Source of the DNA: Candidatus Multivoradales bacterium
GTDB taxonomy: Bacteria > Acidobacteriota > Thermoanaerobaculia > Multivoradales > J023
DNA length: 64,000 nt
NCBI GenBank assembly: GCA_965248925.1
Contig: CBDFLE010000006.1
Coordinates: 3,584,001 to 3,648,000 of the forward strand
Reading direction: 5' to 3'
Positions 59,013-64,000 of this stretch are shown piece by piece. The position numbers were made by a program, and so were the translations under genes. A model generated the notes under the pieces. It saw nothing but the letters and a program-made list of their open reading frames with translations. It was not told where the DNA came from and ran no database searches. Position 1 is the first letter of the stretch. Every line of letters starts with the position of its first letter.

Positions 59013-61037
59013 TTGATCCGCGTCGACGATAACAACGGGGGCTCGCCGCGCAAGCTCAAGGAGTTCCGCTACGGCCGCCAGAACGTCGGCAGTGACAAGC
59101 GGGCCGGCAAGCTGGTGCAGACCACCCGCCACAACTGGGTGGATCTGGTGAATCCGCTGAACGCCAATCCTGGCTTCCTCGATGTCCGGACCTCCGAGAG
59201 CTTCGTCTACGCTGGCCGCGGTGGGCGGATGTCCGAGCGCCAGACCCGCTACCAGCTCGGCGTCGGCCACTACGCCTTCCAGGCCGGCTTCACCTTCGAT
59301 CTGCAAGGCAACCTCGCGACTCTCGACTATCCTGACTGCCTGCACAGCAACGACAGCTGCGACCAGGTCAGCCCGCCGCGGCAGGTGAGTTACGCCTACG
59401 ACAAGGGCTTCCTCACCGCGGTCCCCGGCTTCGCCTCCAGCCTCAGCTACCAGAGCGGCGGCATGCTGACCCAGATCAGCCACCAGAGCGGCATCACCGA
59501 GACCCACCAGGTCGATCCCTCCGGCCTCGCCCGGCCCGAGCGCATCTCTACCAACGCCGGCTGGGACACCGGCACCTTCGACTACGACGGATCGGGGAAC
59601 ATCCACCGCATCGGCTCGCTGACCTATCGCTATGATCGCTTGCAGCGGCTGGTCAGCGGCGAAGCCAAGGTGGGCAGCAGCGGCCGCCTACAAACCGCGT
59701 CGTATAACAACTTCGGCAATCTCACCCAGATGATCACCCACGGCGCCAGCCAGAGCATGAGCCCGAGCTCTTCCACCAACCGCCTCGGTCTCAGCGGCAC
59801 CAGCTACGACGCTCGCGGCAACCTGATCCGCTTGCGTTACAGTAGCTAGGAGATCTACCAGTACACCTACGACGCCGCCAACATGATGAAGCACCTGCAA
59901 TCCAACACTGACCAGGCGAGCGTGTACATCTACAACGCTGATGACGAGCGCATCGTCACCTTCAGCTGCTTCAGCGCCGCCGGCAGCAGCTGCGTCAGCA
60001 GCCCGGCCAGCGAGACCTGGACCTTGCGCGGGCTGGGTAACGAAGTGCTGAGGGTCTTCAGTCATCCACGCGGGGAGAGCTTCGAGTGGGAGCGGGACTA
60101 CGTCTATCGGCGTGGGCTGCTGCTGGCCTCGGTGGACTCCGACGCCAGTGGTTTCGAAGAGACTTTCAGCTTCCATCTTGATCACCTTGGCTCGCCGCGG
60201 CAGGTGACAAAGGGCGGCAGCCAGGTGGCGCTGCACAGCTACTATCCGTTTGGGCAGGAAGCGACCAGCTCTAGCTCGGATGAGTTTCAACTGAAATTTA
60301 CCGGTCATGAGCGGGATAAAAACGGGGCGGGGGCGAAGAGTGAGCTGGACTACATGCATGCGCGGCATTGTAGTCCGGTTCTAGGGCGGTTCCTGAGTAT
60401 AGATCCTGCGGTTGGTAGGAAGACGAGGTCGCAGTCTTGGAATCGATACACTTATGGGTTGGATGGCCCAGTGCGATTCGTAGACCCGAATGGATTGGAG
60501 CCGCTGGATGCCACAATTTTACAATTCTACAACACTGCGCTAGGAGATGATTTTGGTAATGTTGACCTTCGCCTTGATTCCAAGAGAGTACCTAAGAACT
60601 TTGGCGGTATTACGATCGGTCGAAATCTTCATCTTGCCAGAACGGAGAGTAACGACTATCGAAATCGAGCTCTTGATGGTATCGTTCTAGTTGGGCATGA
60701 ACTGGTTCCTGTTGGTCAGTATCGAAAGCATGGAAAGATTGGTTTTCTGAAGAGATATCTGAGAGAGTATCGTAGGAATCGAAAGCAGGGTCAGACCAAG
60801 AACGAAGCATATCGAAACATAAGTTTTGAAGAGCGAGCTGCGGAATTTGGAGAAAATGTCAGAGCTTTCCTTAAAGCAAATCCGGAAATTCTTGGAAAAC
60901 TACAAGAAGGAGAAGAGCTGAATGAAGCAGATATCACTGCAGTCAATCGCGCACTTCGTGAAGCTCTTGATGAGAGTGGAATCCAAGAGGGCTATCAATT
61001 CATCGGAGGGAGGGTTTTCTATGTACGCATTCAGTAG
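59013..61037 (+). pseudogene. Orphan Rhs 3' cassette with CT3; in-frame TAG at 59847
   Basis: Close Rhs-core homology; TCG to TAG versus other copies; RFVDPNG then a zincin-like tip. Confidence 0.85.
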
Positions 61038-61500
61038 GCGATACTTCGCACGCGGATGGCGAGATTATCTCGTGTTTGGTTTGTTGGTGGTTGGCGCAAT
61101 TGGCTGCGACCCGTCGTTTAGGTACCATCCTGTTGGGTGGCAGGATGTCCTTGACAACGAGAGGATACTAATATGGGAAGGAGTTGAGTTCAGGGCTCTT
61201 GGTGCGGGTGGGTTGACGGGCTCAAGTTGGATCGACCCTGAGTTTATTGTCAGAAATTCAAGCAATCTTGAACTCAAATTTCGAGACGTGTCATTAGAGG
61301 GCGCTGGCGGAGAGTATCAGGGTGAAATCTTAGGGTCGCGAATTATTGGAGCTAAGGAAGATGGGAGAATAGTCTTTACATTTGATCTCGGCAAAGAAGC
61401 TACAGGAGTTCTTGGGCATACTTGTTTATTGGACATTAACTTGCTTCTCGGAGAAGAAGATCGAGTTTTGGTGATACGATATTCTCGTAGTGCATTCTGA
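61021..61500 (+). CDS. Putative lipoprotein immunity protein for CT3
   Basis: Overlaps the CT3 stop; hydrophobic stretch and lipobox AIG-C. Confidence 0.65.
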   Translation: MYAFSRRYFARGWRDYLVFGLLVVGAIGCDPSFRYHPVGWQDVLDNERILIWEGVEFRALGAGGLTGSSWIDPEFIVRNSSNLELKFRDVSLEGAGGEYQGEILGSRIIGAKEDGRIVFTFDLGKEATGVLGHTCLLDINLLLGEEDRVLVIRYSRSAF

Positions 61501-61611
61501 CGAGAGTGCTTTTTCCTGGCTTGTCAGCGAAGAAGTGTTGAGTGCGGTGTCGAGAGGGGCAAGCCGATCAGGTGCCACCCTTCTCGTATCCCCTTGTTAT
61601 CAGTAGCTTAG

Positions 61612-61769
61612 CAGCCTGTGGTAAGAGTCTCGCAACGCTCCGAGCGGCCATTGTTCGCCAGCTCCGCGTTGCAAAACCTCGCAAGATTCCCAATATTCCT
61701 GCGATTTTGCGCCTTGATCTGACGAAAACTTGCTCGCTCTCGCAAGCGGCAGACTTCCACCACAGGTTG
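61612..61769. mobile_element. 158-bp MITE with TTAG target duplication
   Basis: IRs cagcctgtggtaagagtct / caacctgtggtggaagtct; TTAG at 61608 and 61770; empty homologous site at 58981. Confidence 0.85.
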
Positions 61770-62357
61770 TTAGGCCAAGAAGTTAAAGAAGACCACCGAA
61801 GGCTGATCCGCGTCGACGAGAACAAACGGGAGCAGTTCAGATGCCTCCCAAGAAGGCGAAGCCTTCCGCCACTACCTCTACCATCCCTTCCGGGAATCTT
61901 GCTTGGCCGAACTCTCACCCGCTCGCGCGGAGCTGGTGCGCCGCTTCGGCATCCTGATGTACACCGCGCTGGGCGCGTCTGCCTTCTCCGGGCACGATCG
62001 AGGAGGTACGCGGCGGACTGCTCGACATCGAGCACGCCTTGCGAGCGTTCGGTGAGTACACGGGCGATGGCGAGACTCCGCTGTGCCCGCCCCTCAGAAG
62101 CTGGTGCAAGCGCCTTTGGGTAATTGCCACCGAGATGCGAGAGGCTTTCGGCTTCTTGCCCGGCGAGCTGCCGGGCGCGGTTGCTGCTACGGAGACGGAT
62201 GCCAGGCCAATAGGGGTGGATCTAGAGGGAAGACTGCGTTCCGAAGGCGGCTGAATCCGTCACTATTGCGCGACTTGACTTGTCTATTTAGAGTTTGTAG
62301 GCTTTGTGCGTTTCGCTCTAGCCGACTTGCTGTTGGATGTTCTAGGAGGATTGAAGT

Positions 62358-62723
62358 ATGACTGTTCGGACTTTTCTGGCTCTTCTTCTCATAGTAGTTT
62401 TGGTTTGTTTGCAGGCAAGCCCGGCTCAGGCGGGCTGTTGGCGCTGTGACGAAAATGCCAAGTGCAAGCAGCAATATACCGGCAGTCAAGGAAAGACTCG
62501 TTGCGAGAGCAGGACTTTCTGCTTGGCGTTCTGCATCACAGAGTGCGCCCTGACAGGGAATGGCTGCACTGGTTCTGGCGGAGACCCCGACTGCGGCCCC
62601 GCGAAAGAGTGCCCCGACATCATATTTGCACCCGAAACTGTGCCCAATGGGAAGCCCTCGGTGGCTTTCGGTACTCAACCGCCAGCTGCCGTGCCCAAGA
62701 AACCCCCTGAAGAGGACAGCTGA
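62358..62723 (+). CDS. Small secreted cysteine-rich protein
   Basis: RBS aggagg, signal peptide AQA-G, 10 Cys in about 60 mature residues, Pro-rich tail. Confidence 0.7.
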   Translation: MTVRTFLALLLIVVLVCLQASPAQAGCWRCDENAKCKQQYTGSQGKTRCESRTFCLAFCITECALTGNGCTGSGGDPDCGPAKECPDIIFAPETVPNGKPSVAFGTQPPAAVPKKPPEEDS

Positions 62724-62725
62724 GG

Positions 62726-64000
62726 ATGGCGGCGCTGAAGGCGCTGCTCCTTCTTTTGGCTGTTTCGGCGCTGCCAGCCGAGAGGGTGGTGACAGCACAG
62801 CTGAGCCCTCCTCCGGAGGCCGGTACCGCGGTCGTGGTGCAAGGATGGGCCAGGCCTGGCGAGGGTCCGCCACAGTCTTTCGAGGTTTCCGCGACCACCG
62901 GGGAAGGTGGTTTGCTCGAACTCACCATCCCCTTGTCGCGGGCGGTCGATCTTCGCTTGGCAGTGGCTGGTCGAGCGCCGGTTTACTTTTGGAATTTGCA
63001 GGCGGATGCCGAGCAAATCGGCGAGATCCGGCTGGCTGCTGGGGGTTCGATCTCGGGTTATATCCGCGATGGCGTGACCGAAGATGCCGCGGTTAGCGCC
63101 GTGGTGCGCTTGGCGGGGTCGGGGGCTGGCTTGACCCCTGAGGAGCGCCGCAGGCAGGCGAATTTGGCCATCAGCACGCACGCAGATTCGCGGGGCTGGT
63201 TTCAGCTCAGTGGAGTACCTGCTGGGCGCTGGTGGCTCGAAGTGAGGGCTGAGGGCCGGGCGAGCACCCGCGAGGCAGTCGAAGTCACCGCTGATGCTGA
63301 GACCATCGTCGACCTCGTCGTGATGGGGCGGCTGGCGTTGACCGTGGCGGTAGACCCATTGCCACCAGCGGCGGGAGTCTGGTTTCTATTCTTGAGACGA
63401 ACTGACGATAGCGGCAGCAGCCTCTCGGTGCCGTTCGACGGTCAAGGGCTGGGTTTCGTCTCCGAGCTTGATCCGGGCCTCTACGAAGTCGGAATCCAAG
63501 TGGAAGAGGCTGGCCGAGTAGCGAATATTTGGCGCGAAGAGATAGAGCTGGCGGCAGACACTTTTCTACCTGTCGAGCTGGAAGTCGTGGAGTTGCGTGG
63601 GCGAGTACGGCTCGGCTCGCAGCCGCTTTCCGGGGCTGCCATCGAGCTTCGTACCGGTGCCGGCGACAGCTGGCGTTTTACCACCGATGCCAACGGTGAG
63701 CTATCCGGCTTGGCTCGGGTGCCGCGGCGCCAGGCGCTCTTCGCCAGCATCCGCTCAGCCGAGCCGAAGATCGAGACCGATCTGAGGATTCGGGACTATG
63801 AGCTGACCGATCAAGCGCTTGAAATCGAAATCAAGCTCTCACCTGCTGAGATCTCTGGCGTTGTGCTGATGCCGGAGGGTCGACCGGCTGCTGGAGCCAC
63901 CGTGCAGCTGGAAGCGCAGGAGCTGAGTGCGGTAGAAGGTGCCGCTACCAAAGTCGATGACAAGGGGCGTTTTGAGCTGCGGGGGCTTCCCCAAGGCCGA
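62726..64000 (+). CDS. Secreted protein with carboxypeptidase-regulatory-like repeats (runs off window; not in the ORF track)
   Basis: MAALKALLLLLAVSALPA...; repeats GSISGYIRD..DSRGWFQLSGVPAG, ISGVVLMPEGRPAAGATV..DDKGRFELRGL. Confidence 0.78.
   Translation, partial: MAALKALLLLLAVSALPAERVVTAQLSPPPEAGTAVVVQGWARPGEGPPQSFEVSATTGEGGLLELTIPLSRAVDLRLAVAGRAPVYFWNLQADAEQIGEIRLAAGGSISGYIRDGVTEDAAVSAVVRLAGSGAGLTPEERRRQANLAISTHADSRGWFQLSGVPAGRWWLEVRAEGRASTREAVEVTADAETIVDLVVMGRLALTVAVDPLPPAAGVWFLFLRRTDDSGSSLSVPFDGQGLGFVSELDPGLYEVGIQVEEAGRVANIWREEIELAADTFLPVELEVVELRGRVRLGSQPLSGAAIELRTGAGDSWRFTTDANGELSGLARVPRRQALFASIRSAEPKIETDLRIRDYELTDQALEIEIKLSPAEISGVVLMPEGRPAAGATVQLEAQELSAVEGAATKVDDKGRFELRGLPQGR

Noticed and set aside
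61850-62254. Possible gene fragment after the aborted orphan leader
   Set aside because: Frame-broken and no recognisable family.
1-64000. tRNA/rRNA genes, reverse transcriptase (DGR/retron) diversification
   Set aside because: None recognised by eye; differences between rhs copies are mostly synonymous, not adenine-specific.

Overview
GC-rich bacterial chromosome; gene content and an 'FxDxFESG'-tailed secreted protein suggest Acidobacteriota/Thermoanaerobaculia, which is inference. Positions 1-28.3 kb are core-like: Ig/IPT surface proteins, TPR-roadblock-accBC-thiE-NSS transporter-aroK operon, an AlgI/AlgJ-type O-acetylation trio, gdhA, a System I* ccmABCDEF cluster, and an ECF sigma/anti-sigma locus. 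From 29.2 kb on lies a rearranged polymorphic-toxin island starting at a broken comM (yifB) gene. It holds two near-identical signal-peptide-bearing full-length Rhs genes with different toxin tips, two orphan Rhs-tip/immunity cassettes plus a remnant of a third, an IS21, an IS5/IS1182-like IS and a related MITE, and an HUH (RAYT-like) transposase. The standout is an 8731-bp-period unit (rhs arm + toxin + immunity + XRE + 2x SymE + primase-helicase + Xer-like recombinase + dif-like site, with phased iteron-like repeats). The first full-length Rhs is a visible chimera: it matches the second full-length gene up to 38077 and the unit's cassette from 38065 on. I propose, as inference, a replicative toxin-tip-swapping element.
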